In this document: piece by piece, positions 12,253 through 23,933 of the stretch
Layout: each line of letters starts with the position of its first letter
How positions within the stretch are numbered: the first letter of the stretch is position 1
From: Escherichia coli
GTDB lineage: Bacteria > Pseudomonadota > Gammaproteobacteria > Enterobacterales > Enterobacteriaceae
NCBI RefSeq assembly: GCF_003334815.1
Contig: NZ_QOWO01000007.1
Direction: 5' to 3' (one strand)
Length of the DNA stretch: 64,000 bases
Made by a program: the position numbers and the translations under genes
The notes under the pieces: generated by a model
What the model was told of the DNA's origin: nothing
Database searches by the model: none
What the model saw: the letters and a program-made list of their open reading frames with translations, nothing else

Positions 12253-12843
12253 TTATTTGTTCAGCAAATGGCCCATTTTCTCGGCTTTGGTATCGAGATA
12301 ATGTTCGTTATTGGGGTTACGACCTACAATCAATGGTACGCGTTCAACAATATTAATCCCTGCTTCGGTCAGAATTTCGACTTTTTTCGGGTTATTGGTT
12401 AACAAGCGGACTTCATTGACGCCAAGGAGTTTGAACATATCAGCGCAAAGAGTGAAGTCGCGCTCATCAGCGGCGAAGCCTAACTGGTGGTTAGCCTCTA
12501 CGGTATCGTAACCTTGATCCTGCAGTGCGTAAGCGCGGATTTTATTCAGCAGACCAATGTTACGACCTTCCTGACGGTGATACAGCAAAATACCACGGCC
12601 TTCCTCGGCAATTTGCGTCAATGCCGCTTCGAGCTGGAAGCCACAATCGCAGCGCAAGCTGAACAGGGCGTCACCGGTCAGACATTCGGAATGGACGCGC
12701 GCAAGTACCGGGGTATGCCCGGAAATATCGCCATAGACTAGCGCGACATGATCGTGTCCGGTTGCCAGTTCTTCAAATCCCACCATCAGGAAATCGCCCC
12801 ATGGGGTTGGCAGTTTGGCTTCTGCCACACGTTTAAGCTGCAT
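12253..12843 (-). CDS. ribA: GTP cyclohydrolase II
   Basis: 196 aa from [11 protein letters not shown]; Zn-binding Cys cluster (CLTGD...CDCGFQ). The ORF track extends 21 codons further upstream. Confidence 0.94.
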
Positions 12844-13012
12844 GAAATTCTCCAGATAATGCTGGTTCTGTATTGGCTTATTTTGCCATAACGAGAAGGG
12901 GTTCACCTAATCACGACGCGTCGATCGTTCACGGAATGGCACAAATCTGTCAATTTTTCCTGGAACTGGCGTTTTCAGTTATGATTGTGGGACTTATCAA
13001 AAAGGAGAGGCC

Positions 13013-13777
13013 ATGCGTTCGATTGCCAGACGTACCGCAGTGGGAGCTGCACTATTGCTTGTCATGCCAGTAGCCGTATGGATTTCTGGCTGGCGTTGGC
13101 AACCTGGAGAACAAAGTTGGCTACTAAAAGCGGCTTTTTGGGTTACTGAAACTGTCACCCAGCCCTGGGGCGTCATTACACATTTGATTTTATTCGGCTG
13201 GTTTCTCTGGTGTCTGCGTTTTCGCATTAAGGCTGCCTTTGTATTATTTGCCATTCTGGCGGCCGCAATCCTTGTGGGACAAGGCGTTAAATCCTGGATC
13301 AAAGACAAAGTCCAGGAACCACGACCTTTTGTTATCTGGCTGGAAAAAACACATCATATTCCGGTTGATGAGTTCTACACTTTAAAGCGAGCAGAACGCG
13401 GAAATCTAGTGAAAGAACAGTTGGCTGAAGAGAAAAATATCCCACAATATTTGCGTTCACACTGGCAGAAAGAGACGGGGTTTGCCTTTCCTTCCGGTCA
13501 CACGATGTTTGCTGCCAGTTGGGCACTGCTGGCCGTTGGTTTGCTGTGGCCGCGTCGGCGAACGTTAACCATTGCTATCTTGCTGGTCTGGGCAACGGGA
13601 GTCATGGGAAGCCGCCTGCTGCTCGGGATGCATTGGCCACGCGATCTGGTAGTAGCTACGTTGATTTCGTGGGCGCTGGTGGCGGTGGCAACGTGGCTTG
13701 CGCAACGAATTTGTGGGCCATTAACACCACCTGCGGAAGAAAATCGCGAAATAGCGCAACGAGAACAAGAAAGTTAA
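13013..13777 (+). CDS. pgpB: Phosphatidylglycerophosphatase B (PAP2 family)
   Basis: 254 aa; PAP2 motifs KDKVQEPRP, PSGH, SRLLLGMHWPRD; multiple TM segments. Confidence 0.93.
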   Translation: MRSIARRTAVGAALLLVMPVAVWISGWRWQPGEQSWLLKAAFWVTETVTQPWGVITHLILFGWFLWCLRFRIKAAFVLFAILAAAILVGQGVKSWIKDKVQEPRPFVIWLEKTHHIPVDEFYTLKRAERGNLVKEQLAEEKNIPQYLRSHWQKETGFAFPSGHTMFAASWALLAVGLLWPRRRTLTIAILLVWATGVMGSRLLLGMHWPRDLVVATLISWALVAVATWLAQRICGPLTPPAEENREIAQREQES

Positions 13778-13925
13778 CGCTGGTTGATTTTCCGAATTTA
13801 GCCCTTAAATCATCAACAATGCGTGTGGATGCCATTTCGCAGACGGCGCGAAAATGGTACTTTAAAGGGCTATTGCGGTAAGTTGACCATAATTTATTCG
13901 CTCTAACCACATAACGGGAAGTAAT

Positions 13926-14234
13926 GTGAAATATTTACTCATTTTCTTACTGGTGTTAGCGATCTTCGTGATTTCGGTCACGTTGGGTGCGCAGAACGAT
14001 CAACAGGTGACGTTTAATTATCTGTTAGCGCAAGGGGAGTACCGTATTTCCACATTGCTGGCGGTATTGTTTGCTGCGGGGTTTGCTATCGGTTGGTTGA
14101 TTTGTGGCCTGTTCTGGCTGCGAGTTCGTGTTTCCCTGGCGCGCGCTGAACGTAAAATAAAGCGACTGGAAAACCAGCTTTCACCCGCGACTGACGTGGC
14201 TGTAGTGCCGCACTCGTCAGCGGCGAAGGAATAA
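13926..14234 (+). CDS. lapA: LPS assembly protein LapA (YciS)
   Basis: 102 aa, GTG start, two TM helices; immediately upstream of lapB. Confidence 0.88.
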   Translation: MKYLLIFLLVLAIFVISVTLGAQNDQQVTFNYLLAQGEYRISTLLAVLFAAGFAIGWLICGLFWLRVRVSLARAERKIKRLENQLSPATDVAVVPHSSAAKE

Positions 14235-14240
14235 CTTTCT

Positions 14241-15410
14241 ATGCTGGAGTTGTTGTTTCTGCTTTTGCCTGTAGCCGCTGCCTATGGCTGGTATATGGGC
14301 CGCAGAAGTGCGCAACAAAACAAGCAAGATGAAGCCAACCGCTTGTCGCGTGATTACGTAGCGGGGGTTAACTTCCTGCTTAGTAATCAACAGGATAAAG
14401 CGGTAGACCTGTTTCTCGATATGCTTAAAGAGGATACAGGCACCGTTGAAGCCCACCTTACGCTCGGAAACCTGTTCCGTTCGCGTGGCGAAGTTGATCG
14501 CGCTATTCGCATCCATCAGACCCTAATGGAAAGCGCCTCGCTGACCTATGAACAGCGTCTGTTGGCGATTCAACAACTGGGGCGTGATTACATGGCCGCC
14601 GGGTTATATGACCGCGCGGAAGACATGTTCAATCAGCTGACCGATGAAACTGACTTCCGCATTGGCGCGCTGCAACAGTTGCTACAAATCTACCAGGCTA
14701 CCAGTGAGTGGCAGAAAGCAATTGATGTTGCCGAACGCCTGGTGAAGCTGGGTAAAGATAAACAGCGCGTCGAAATTGCCCATTTCTACTGTGAGTTAGC
14801 CCTGCAGCATATGGCCAGCGACGATCTCGATCGTGCCATGACCTTGCTAAAAAAAGGGGCGGCGGCAGATAAAAACAGCGCCCGCGTATCCATAATGATG
14901 GGACGCGTGTTTATGGCGAAAGGAGAATACGCCAAAGCCGTCGAAAGTCTGCAACGCGTGATATCCCAGGACAGAGAACTGGTCAGCGAAACGCTGGAAA
15001 TGTTGCAAACCTGCTATCAGCAGTTGGGTAAAACTGCCGAATGGGCAGAATTCCTGCAGCGTGCGGTGGAAGAGAACACCGGTGCCGATGCTGAATTGAT
15101 GCTTGCTGATATCATCGAAGCGCGCGACGGTAGTGAGGCCGCACAGGTCTATATTACGCGCCAGCTTCAGCGTCATCCGACCATGCGTGTGTTCCATAAG
15201 TTAATGGATTACCACTTAAATGAAGCGGAAGAAGGGCGTGCCAAAGAGAGCCTGATGGTGCTGCGTGACATGGTTGGCGAGAAGGTACGTAGTAAGCCTC
15301 GTTATCGTTGCCAGAAATGTGGTTTTACCGCATACACCCTCTACTGGCATTGTCCGTCTTGTCGGGCCTGGTCAACCATTAAACCGATTCGCGGTCTTGA
15401 TGGCCTGTAA
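14241..15410 (+). CDS. lapB: LPS assembly protein LapB (YciM), TPR protein with rubredoxin-like C-terminus
   Basis: 389 aa; N-terminal TM; TPR repeats; C-terminal CxxC...CxxC (CQKCGFTAYTLYWHCPSCRAW). Confidence 0.94.
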   Translation: MLELLFLLLPVAAAYGWYMGRRSAQQNKQDEANRLSRDYVAGVNFLLSNQQDKAVDLFLDMLKEDTGTVEAHLTLGNLFRSRGEVDRAIRIHQTLMESASLTYEQRLLAIQQLGRDYMAAGLYDRAEDMFNQLTDETDFRIGALQQLLQIYQATSEWQKAIDVAERLVKLGKDKQRVEIAHFYCELALQHMASDDLDRAMTLLKKGAAADKNSARVSIMMGRVFMAKGEYAKAVESLQRVISQDRELVSETLEMLQTCYQQLGKTAEWAEFLQRAVEENTGADAELMLADIIEARDGSEAAQVYITRQLQRHPTMRVFHKLMDYHLNEAEEGRAKESLMVLRDMVGEKVRSKPRYRCQKCGFTAYTLYWHCPSCRAWSTIKPIRGLDGL

Positions 15411-15603
15411 TTTTTAAAAAAAATCCGACTTTAGTTACAACATACTAATTATTAATGTTCCATTGTGCTCCGGCAACGACGGCGCAGAAAAAGCCTGCCA
15501 GGGGAGAAATCGCAACTGTTAATTTTTTATTTCCACGGGTAGAATGCTCGCCGTTTACCTGTTTCGCGCCACTTCCGGTGCCCATCATCAAGAAGGTCTG
15601 GTC

Positions 15604-16341
15604 ATGACGTTAACTGCTTCATCTTCTTCCCGCGCTGTTACGAATTCTCCTGTGGTTGTTGCCCTTGATTATCATAATCGTGATGACGCGCTGGCCTTTG
15701 TCGACAAGATCGACCCACGCGATTGTCGTCTGAAGGTCGGCAAAGAGATGTTTACATTGTTTGGGCCACAGTTTGTGCGCGAACTTCAACAGCGTGGTTT
15801 TGATATCTTTCTTGACCTGAAATTCCACGATATCCCCAACACTGCAGCGCACGCTGTCGCTGCTGCAGCTGACTTAGGCGTGTGGATGGTGAATGTTCAT
15901 GCCTCTGGTGGGGCGCGTATGATGACCGCAGCGCGTGAGGCACTGGTTCCGTTTGGCAAAGATGCACCGCTTTTGATTGCTGTGACAGTGTTGACCAGCA
16001 TGGAAGCCAGCGACCTGGTCGATCTTGGCATGACACTGTCACCTGCAGATTATGCAGAACGTCTGGCGGCACTGACGCAAAAATGTGGCCTTGATGGTGT
16101 GGTGTGTTCTGCTCAGGAAGCTGTGCGCTTTAAACAGGTATTCGGTCAGGAGTTCAAACTGGTTACGCCGGGCATTCGTCCGCAGGGGAGTGAAGCTGGT
16201 GACCAGCGCCGCATTATGACGCCAGAACAGGCGTTGTCGGCTGGTGTTGATTATATGGTGATTGGTCGCCCGGTAACGCAATCGGTAGATCCAGCGCAGA
16301 CGCTGAAAGCGATCAACGCCTCTTTACAGCGGAGTGCATGA
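15604..16341 (+). CDS. pyrF: Orotidine-5'-phosphate decarboxylase
   Basis: 245 aa from MTLTASSS; active-site region [10 protein letters not shown]. Confidence 0.95.
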   Translation: MTLTASSSSRAVTNSPVVVALDYHNRDDALAFVDKIDPRDCRLKVGKEMFTLFGPQFVRELQQRGFDIFLDLKFHDIPNTAAHAVAAAADLGVWMVNVHASGGARMMTAAREALVPFGKDAPLLIAVTVLTSMEASDLVDLGMTLSPADYAERLAALTQKCGLDGVVCSAQEAVRFKQVFGQEFKLVTPGIRPQGSEAGDQRRIMTPEQALSAGVDYMVIGRPVTQSVDPAQTLKAINASLQRSA

Positions 16342-16667
16342 TGAGTGATTCCAACAGCCGTCTGGTCTACTCAACGGAAACCGGACGTATTGATGAGCCC
16401 AAAGCGGCCCCTGTACGCCCTAAAGGCGACGGTGTGGTGCGTATTCAGCGTCAGACCAGTGGACGTAAAGGTAAGGGCGTTTGCCTGATTACCGGTGTCG
16501 ATCTCGATGATGCCGAACTGACAAAACTTGCAGCGGAACTGAAGAAAAAATGCGGCTGCGGCGGAGCAGTTAAAGATGGAGTTATTGAAATCCAGGGCGA
16601 TAAGCGTGATTTATTAAAATCACTACTTGAAGCGAAAGGGATGAAGGTAAAACTCGCAGGCGGTTAA
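16338..16667 (+). CDS. yciH: SUI1/eIF1-like translation initiation factor homolog YciH
   Basis: About 108 aa; overlaps pyrF stop (ATGATGA), suggesting translational coupling. Confidence 0.9.
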   Translation: MMSDSNSRLVYSTETGRIDEPKAAPVRPKGDGVVRIQRQTSGRKGKGVCLITGVDLDDAELTKLAAELKKKCGCGGAVKDGVIEIQGDKRDLLKSLLEAKGMKVKLAGG

Positions 16668-16672
16668 CATAA

Positions 16673-16698
16673 AAAGCCACGGATATATCCGTGGCTTT
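16673..16698. terminator. Terminator between convergent yciH and osmB
   Basis: Perfect palindrome AAAGCCACGGAT-at-ATCCGTGGCTTT with an A-tract on the + side (U-tract for osmB) and T-rich downstream for yciH. Confidence 0.7.
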
Positions 16699-16792
16699 CG
16701 AATATTTTACTGTGCGTATTATTCAGTTATTTCGTACTGAACAGAATCAAGCGTATTATAATTGCGAGTCGATAATCGACATTTATTTACGA

Positions 16793-17011
16793 TTATTTAC
16801 CGACCTGGTGACCAATAACACCACCGACAGCTGCACCACCTAATGTACCCAACGTACTGCCATCGGTCAGTACTGCACCGCCTAATGCCCCTGCACCCGC
16901 GCCGATTGCGGTGTTGCGGTCCCGTTTAGACCAGTTAGAACAGGCACTCAGAGACATTGCCAAAGTAATTGCCAGAACAGCCGCGGTCATTTTTTTGCTC
17001 GTTACAAACAT
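16793..17011 (-). CDS. osmB: Osmotically inducible lipoprotein OsmB
   Basis: 72 aa; signal peptide with lipobox LSAC; Gly-rich mature part. Confidence 0.94.
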   Translation of the reverse strand: MFVTSKKMTAAVLAITLAMSLSACSNWSKRDRNTAIGAGAGALGGAVLTDGSTLGTLGGAAVGGVIGHQVGK

Positions 17012-17279
17012 AATACTCTCTCCTGAATTTATGATTCACGGAAGTAAGCTCTCTATAACTATAATAGCTAAGAATAAGCCTGGTGAAATTATTCCGTGAA
17101 ATCTGCTCGCGCGCAGGGTTATATCACGCAGGTGATAATGACTTCCTGTTATATCGCTGATAATAATTTTATATCTTGAGAGTGTTAATAACAGGTAAAT
17201 AGTCTTAATTATCAACCAGGAATCATCTTAGAGCGGATGATTTGCCAAACTGCAAATCATCCGTAGAGAAGGGAAATGG

Positions 17280-18029
17280 TTAAATGTCAACGACGTGAAC
17301 GGTGAGTTTACTGTGCTCAAGATGCATCAGATCGCTGGCGCGTATTTTCGAATCGGTAATCACGCGATTGAATCGCTCAACGGGACCGATGGAGTATGAA
17401 TGTACAGCACCAAATTTCGAGCTGTCAGTCAGGACTATCGCTTCGCACTCTTTTTCCAGCACGGCATTGACCACATCGGTACGCATCATATCGCGACCGG
17501 TAAATCCAGTTTCAGGTTGCCAGCCATCAATACCAATAAATGCTTTGCTGAAATGCACCTGTTGGATGCACTGGCGTGTCAAAGGGCCAACCATACTTTC
17601 GCTTTTTTTCTGATACACGCCACCGAGCAAAATAACTTCACAAGGCGCGTCTTTCAGCAAATGCGCGATGTAGCTGCTGACCGTGATGATAGTGACATTT
17701 TTCTTCTGCTCGCCCAGAGTCCGGGCGAGTAGGGCATTGCTGCTGCCATTTTCGATAAAGATGGTTTCGCCCGGTTGAACCAGCGACGCGGCAAACTCGG
17801 CGAGTTCACGCTTCAGCGTATAGTTGCTCATCATACGGGTTTCGACGTCATCACTATCAAGCGAAACAGCAAAGCCATGTGCACGGCGGAGGTAACTCAG
17901 TTTTTCGAGTGTGTTGAGATCCTGGCGAATGGTAACTTCAGAAACTCCAGTGGCTTTTGCCAGATCGGTTACGCTAACCTGACCCTGGTCAATGACCATC
18001 TGTAGAATAGTTTGTTGTCGGGAATTCAT
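17280..18029 (-). CDS. yciT: DeoR-family transcriptional regulator YciT
   Basis: 249 aa; N-terminal HTH ([21 protein letters not shown]) and DeoR C-terminal sugar-phosphate-binding domain. Confidence 0.9.
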   Translation of the reverse strand: MNSRQQTILQMVIDQGQVSVTDLAKATGVSEVTIRQDLNTLEKLSYLRRAHGFAVSLDSDDVETRMMSNYTLKRELAEFAASLVQPGETIFIENGSSNALLARTLGEQKKNVTIITVSSYIAHLLKDAPCEVILLGGVYQKKSESMVGPLTRQCIQQVHFSKAFIGIDGWQPETGFTGRDMMRTDVVNAVLEKECEAIVLTDSSKFGAVHSYSIGPVERFNRVITDSKIRASDLMHLEHSKLTVHVVDI

Positions 18030-18118
18030 CGCTGTAATTCTTATAACGTTATAATACTTAATAAAAAAATACTGACGCGCCGGGCATCCTCAAATAGGAA
18101 AACCTGAAGGCACGATTG

Positions 18119-18292
18119 TTAAATCTCCCACGGTGCCTTCGGGATGTCTGGCGTAGATTCAGCAACCTGGCGCAAGAGTTCTGCTTTAAGTATCTCGAGA
18201 TTATGGATCGCAGAGTGGTAATCGCCTGCCACAAGGATATCTAACACAATATCAATACGTTCGGCAACGCGCTGGGCATCAAATTCAGACAT
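18119..18292 (-). CDS. yciZ: Small protein YciZ (UPF0509)
   Basis: 57 aa from MSEFDAQRV (60 aa if the upstream ATG at 18301 is used). Confidence 0.7.
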
Positions 18293-18439
18293 CAAGGACA
18301 TCCTTATAGCAAAAGGGGGAAAATGAATAATGCAAAAATTGCCGCTAAAAGAGAAGTGTTTAACAGCAACGGCTAATTATCATCCAGGAATACGATATAT
18401 AATGACGGGATATAGCGCTAAGTATATATATTCATCTAC

Positions 18440-20425
18440 TTATGCGCGCTTCAGATAGCGTTTATACCAGCGTTCGAAGGCGACGGCGGGCATCGGTTTG
18501 GCAAACAAAAATCCTTGCCGCTCATTGATCCCGTTCTTGGTTAAAAAAGCATCTTCCTTTGCACTCTCTACACCTTCGGCGATCACCTGAAGATTCAATG
18601 CCTGGGCCACAGCGACGATCGCCCGGACCAGTGACTGCGAGACAGGTTGTTTGTGAATATCTCGAACAAAAACCTGGTCAAGTTTGATGGCATCGATCGG
18701 AAAGCGCGCCAGTTGCGAAAGTGAAGAGTAGCCGGTACCAAAATCATCCAGATGCACTTGCGCACCTAGTTGGCTAAATTGTTGAATAACAGACAGTGCC
18801 AGTTCATCATTCTCAATCAGACAACTCTCTGTCAGTTCAACATCTATAGGGCAGTATTCAAAATTGAGTTCCTGGAGAACCTGTTTCAGGGCGGTGAAAA
18901 TGGTTTGATCGGCGAGCTGACGTGCAGAAATATTTACCGCCACTCGCAGGTTTATGCCTTTATCCCGCCACTTTGCCACCTGGCGTACGACATCGAGAAT
19001 CACCCAACGGCCTAAAGGCACAATTAGCCCTGACTCTTCGGCGTAGGAAATGAAGTCCAACGGTGGAATCAACCCACGTTCAGGTGACTGCCAACGTACT
19101 AGTGCTTCCAGACTGCGCACTTCGCCACGCCAGGTGATTTTCGGTTGATAGTGAATAACCAACTGATCGTTTTCCAGTGCTTTACGCAAGTTGGTATCCA
19201 GCCAGAGATATTCAAATACCCGTTGATTCATTTCTGGGGTAAAAACGCAAAATTGTCCTCGTCCGCCTTCCTTCGCTGTGTACATTGCTGTGTCGGCGTG
19301 ACGAATAATAGCCGTGCTGTCTGAACCATGTTCGGGAGAGAGTGCAATACCTACTGAACAGCTGGTATAAACTTCAATTAAACCAATGCGAAAGGGGAGC
19401 CGTAAGCGGGTCAAAATTCGTGATGCCATTGCTTCCAGCGCGCTTTGTGAGGTGTTGGATGCCAGTACCAGAAACTCATCCCCACCTGGACGCGCCAACA
19501 CCTGGTCATGTTCGAGACAGCTTAAAATAGCCAATGACACGTCGCGTAATAACTGGTCACCAAACAAATGCCCATAGGCGTCGTTGACCTTTTTGAAATT
19601 ATCCAAATCAAGATACACAACCCCAACTTTATTGTTATCTGCATGATTAATAGCGTGATCGATTAAATCCTGCATTGCGTTACGATTCGGCAGTCCGGTG
19701 ATACTGTCGGTATTTGCCAGAATACGCAGTCGCTCCTGAGCGCGGCGCTCTTCGGTAATGTCGGTGCCGGAACAGATTAAAAAAATCTCGTTTTTGCCAC
19801 TGCCGCTGTGGACAAATTTATTGCGAAACAGAAACAGCCGCTGGCCTTTACATGTTGGTATCCACAGTTCGACTTCATATGCATTGCCGCTTCGAAAAAA
19901 TACACGGTTATTGCGCCTGGATGCCGCAGCTTCACGACGGCTCATAAACAGTTTAAACACGCTTTGCCCAATGACGTCGTGTTCTTTCAACCCTGTGTAA
20001 TCTTCACATAACCGATTGAAGCGTTGGATATTCCCCCGGCTGTCGAGAATCACTATTGCGGAATGTGCTTCAGAAACTACCTGCTCAGCAAAGGAAAGCC
20101 CGTGTGATAAATCACGAGCAACCGCCGGTGTGTCATGCCATGCAGACGCGTTGCCAGCCCATTCCCGTTTATTGATTTTTCGTCCTACCAGATGCACAGA
20201 AAGATCGCTTTCATCGACGGTCAGACTCATCATCAGGCTGGAGGTGATGACCGTCATTTCCCTGATGCGAGCAGCCTGTTCGGCAGATAACTGCAATGTA
20301 CGATCAGGTTCTGTGGTTTCGGTGGTAGAAAAGCGCAAAACATCGCTGCTTTCCGTCAACCGCCAGTATGGATTGTGCGATCCGAGAAAGTTGTACAACG
20401 TTGTGGACTCCCTAACGGTTTTCAT
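18440..20425 (-). CDS. pdeR: Cyclic-di-GMP phosphodiesterase PdeR (Gmr); PAS-GGDEF-EAL protein
   Basis: 661 aa; GGDEF motif (RPGGDEFLVL) and EAL motif (RSLEALVRW). Confidence 0.94.
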   Translation of the reverse strand: MKTVRESTTLYNFLGSHNPYWRLTESSDVLRFSTTETTEPDRTLQLSAEQAARIREMTVITSSLMMSLTVDESDLSVHLVGRKINKREWAGNASAWHDTPAVARDLSHGLSFAEQVVSEAHSAIVILDSRGNIQRFNRLCEDYTGLKEHDVIGQSVFKLFMSRREAAASRRNNRVFFRSGNAYEVELWIPTCKGQRLFLFRNKFVHSGSGKNEIFLICSGTDITEERRAQERLRILANTDSITGLPNRNAMQDLIDHAINHADNNKVGVVYLDLDNFKKVNDAYGHLFGDQLLRDVSLAILSCLEHDQVLARPGGDEFLVLASNTSQSALEAMASRILTRLRLPFRIGLIEVYTSCSVGIALSPEHGSDSTAIIRHADTAMYTAKEGGRGQFCVFTPEMNQRVFEYLWLDTNLRKALENDQLVIHYQPKITWRGEVRSLEALVRWQSPERGLIPPLDFISYAEESGLIVPLGRWVILDVVRQVAKWRDKGINLRVAVNISARQLADQTIFTALKQVLQELNFEYCPIDVELTESCLIENDELALSVIQQFSQLGAQVHLDDFGTGYSSLSQLARFPIDAIKLDQVFVRDIHKQPVSQSLVRAIVAVAQALNLQVIAEGVESAKEDAFLTKNGINERQGFLFAKPMPAVAFERWYKRYLKRA

Positions 20426-20624
20426 GATGCATATCCTCCGGTTAACAGCGGAGTCCGCGGTTAAATAAAAGGAACAACATGACTTACATGAAATTAACGG
20501 CGGCTAAACGCATTGTTTTTTTTATATATTTATTTGTAATCCAGTTTTGGAAAAACGCCAGTTTTCAAACGAAAGTCAGTTAAAAAATCTGCCTGGATAT
20601 AACGAAGGTAGAGCGGGGAAATAA

Positions 20625-20651
20625 ACGGCCCATCCATGAGGAATGGGCCGT
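20625..20651 (-). terminator. Probable rnb terminator hairpin
   Basis: 9-bp stem ACGGCCCAT / ATGGGCCGT directly 3' of the rnb stop; weak U-tract. Confidence 0.5.
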
Positions 20652-20660
20652 GAAAGGAGA

Positions 20661-22595
20661 TTACGCGACCGGGCGCGCAATAATGCTGCGGGTTTCCATG
20701 CGGACTTCGGCAATAGTGACGTCAATAACGTCAGTCACTTTGTAAACCGTTTCACCTTTAATTTGTACAGTGCCGTTTTCCTGGCTGCAAACCAGTTCAT
20801 CGCGCACAGCGTGTAAGAAAGGTGCCGGAATAAAGGCGATAGCGCCGTTATCAACCAAACGAACACGCATGCCGCCACGGCTGATATCGACAATTTCCGC
20901 TGCGAAACGGGTGTCGGTCCCGGCTTTGTCTTTCAGGAAGCGTGCGTATAACCAGTCACCAACATCACGTTCTGCCATCCGGTTGAGACGGCGACGCTCG
21001 GCCATTTGGACAGTGATTTCATCCTGTGGGCGCGTCGCAGTTTCGCCTTTGATAACCGCTTTCAGCAGACGGTGGTTGATCATGTCGCCATATTTACGGA
21101 TCGGCGAAGTCCAGGTGGCGTATGCTTCCAGACCGAGGCCAAAGTGAGGACCGGGTTCAGTGCTAATTTCAGCAAATGACTGGAAGCGACGAATGCGGCT
21201 GTCGAGGAAACCAGTTGGTTGCGCGTCCAGTTCACGACGCAGTTTGCAGAAACCGTCCAGCGTGAGCACTTCTTCGGCATCGACATGCAGACCGTGCGTT
21301 TTCAGCAACGCTGCCAGCGCGTCGGCATTCGCCGGATCAAAGCCCATATGCACGTTATAGATGCCAAAACCGAGCTTATCGCGCAGTACGCGGGCCGCAC
21401 AAATGTTAGCGGCAATCATCGCTTCTTCGACGATACGGTTGGCAATGCGACGAGGCTCGGCGACGATATCCAGCACTTCACCTTTTTCACCGAGAATAAA
21501 GCGGTAATCCGGGCGATCTTTAAACACCAGTGCGTGGTTATGACGCCACTCGCCGCGGCGTTGGCAAATTTGCGCTAGCAAACGGACTTGTTCGGCAATT
21601 GCTTCACTTTCAGGCTGCCAGTCACCGGTATTTTCCAGCCAGTCAGAAACCTGGTCATACACCAGCTTTGCTTTGGATTCGATGGTGGCGGCAAAGAATT
21701 CGATATTATCTTCAATGGTGCCATCAGCGGAGAGCGTCATGCGGCATGCCAGTACCGGGCGGACTTCATTGGCGCGCAGTGAGCAGAGATCGTCAGAAAG
21801 CTCGCGAGGCAGCATAGGGATGTTGAAGCCAGGCAGATAGTTGGTGAATGCGCGAATTTTCGCGGCTTTGTCCAGCTTGCTGCCTTCAGCAATCCACGCG
21901 GTTGGATCGGCAATCGCCACAATCAGCTGAAGTTTGTCATCCGGCAACGCCTTAGCGAAAAGGGCGTCATCCATATCTTCTGTGCTGGCACTGTCGATGG
22001 TGACAAAATCCAGCGCGGTCAGATCTTCACGAACCAGACCTTCATCGAGCATTTCGGTAGCGACGCCGTCTGGTGCTTCTTTTTCCAGATTATGGCGTGC
22101 AAGGGTAACCCACCACGGTACAAAGTGATCGTCACCAAAAGTGATGTATTGTGTCAGTTCTGCATAGAAAGAACGATCGCCTTTCAGCGGATGACGGCGC
22201 ATTTCGGCAACCGCCCAGTCGCCTTCTTTAAACTCGTGGTTCAGGCCACGGGCTGCGCGGCAAGGAATGGCGTCTTTTAAGAGTGGATGATCAGGAACGA
22301 TGGCCAGACGGTCATTTTTGCCCTGAACCTTACCCACGAAACGAGTCAGGAACGGTTCAACCAGTTCTTCTGGCTCTGCGGATTCACGTTCTTTTTCACT
22401 GTGGATCACCGCGATAATTCGGTCGCCATGCATGACTTTTTTCATCTGCGGCGGCGGAATGAAATAACTTTTTTGCGCGTCGACTTCCAGGAAGCCAAAG
22501 CCTTTTTCTGTGGCTTTTACCACCCCTTCAGCGCGTGGCGTCTGGGAATGCAGTTGCTGTTTAAGCTGCGCTAGCAGCGGGTTGTCCTGAAACAT
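20661..22595 (-). CDS. rnb: Exoribonuclease II (RNase II)
   Basis: 644 aa; cold-shock/RNB/S1 domain order. Confidence 0.96.
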
Positions 22596-22662
22596 AATTG
22601 TCTATTTTGGTGGCCATTAGAGCGGCTGACAGTTTTACGCGAATCTGTCTGACGCGGCAAGG

Positions 22663-23790
22663 TTAATATGTCTCACCCAACGCGATTTTTAAGCGATTTA
22701 TCCAGCCACACAGCCCGCTCCATACCAGCAGATTAATAATCTGCGTTGATGATTTTTCGTGTTCGAGTAAAGGGCTGAACTGGGCGGCGCTAAAGCGATC
22801 GGGTGCTCGGGTCAGCCATTGTATCGCCTGAACGGTAGCGCGCTCAACAGAATGACGGTCAGCCCATTGGTTAATTTCATTTTCGCCCTTGCGCATAAGG
22901 GTGCTGATTTTTTTATATTCATTTGATGAATCCATACAGGTGGCAAAACAAGCAGGACTGCCATTTATACGCGCGCATAACAACGCCGCAAGCTGATTAT
23001 CCGGCTGTGTATTGCCCCGTGTGCTGTTTAACAACTTTTCGAGAAGGGAAAGTGAAATAGGGTGGAGAGAGAGTATTTCGGCCAGTTGGCAAAGTTCTGC
23101 AGTTGAACTTTTTGTGTGCTCTTCAGGTAGTTTTTCCACCTCATAGCTGCTTCGCCAGCGTAATGATTCATCAGCAAACAGTGACGCGTCGGCGTAGTTT
23201 TGTATCTCCAGCCCGGGTAACCAGCGTACCGGATGCCCGAGATAAGCCTGAAATGTCGCAATTGTCCGCGCCTGAAAGCCAATAAAACCAATGATTTGGC
23301 TAATGATCACACAGTCCCAGGCAGTAAGACCGACGTCATTCAGATGCTGGCGCGATCGGTTGTCGATAATAGAAGGCGAGCTAGCCAGTTGGCGGGCATA
23401 TTGCGTGATTTGTGCCAACCGATGATTACTTTCCCTGGTGGAATCAGGCCCGGGGAGCGGCGTAAGTCGCGCCGAATAGTAGTTACATAACCGCTGGACG
23501 CCGCAAACCTGAGCAACCGTCAGGGCCGTCGACAAGCGTTCATAAGCGGTGAAGGTCTGTGAACGGGTCACGGTAAGCTGGTCAGGGAACAAATCCACTG
23601 CAAGAACACGCGCAGGGTCCAGCCATGAAAGGAAGGGGGCCAGCGTTTCTTTTTCAAGGATCACGTCGAGTAGAAAGGGATCGCTGACCTTTGCGGCTTC
23701 CGGGACCAGAGGCAGAACGTCATACTCCGTAGTACTGGATTGCGTTTCATGATACCAGTGGCTTTTGCCGGTGATGTGGCGTTGTTCCAT
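22663..23790 (-). CDS. yciW: Uncharacterized AhpD/carboxymuconolactone-decarboxylase-like protein YciW
   Basis: 375 aa from MEQRHITGK; the ORF track continues 26 codons further upstream. Confidence 0.82.
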
Positions 23791-23895
23791 GGGCGCTCCT
23801 TGGTCGTAAAGGAAATCGTTATCCTGACGCAAGGCGGGAAGGGGAGAAAGACGGATCGGCGATAACAAATATCAGAAAGGTATAACAGAGATAAC

Positions 23896-23914
23896 GGGCG
23901 GCAGAACGCCGCCC
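23896..23914 (-). terminator. Probable fabI terminator hairpin
   Basis: GGGCGGC-agaac-GCCGCCC stem-loop 20 bp 3' of fabI stop. Confidence 0.5.
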
Positions 23915-23933
23915 ATCTTTACCAACAGAACGA

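Noticed and set aside
20016-20468. 150-aa ORF on the + strand
   Set aside because: Antisense to the pdeR 5' region; spurious.
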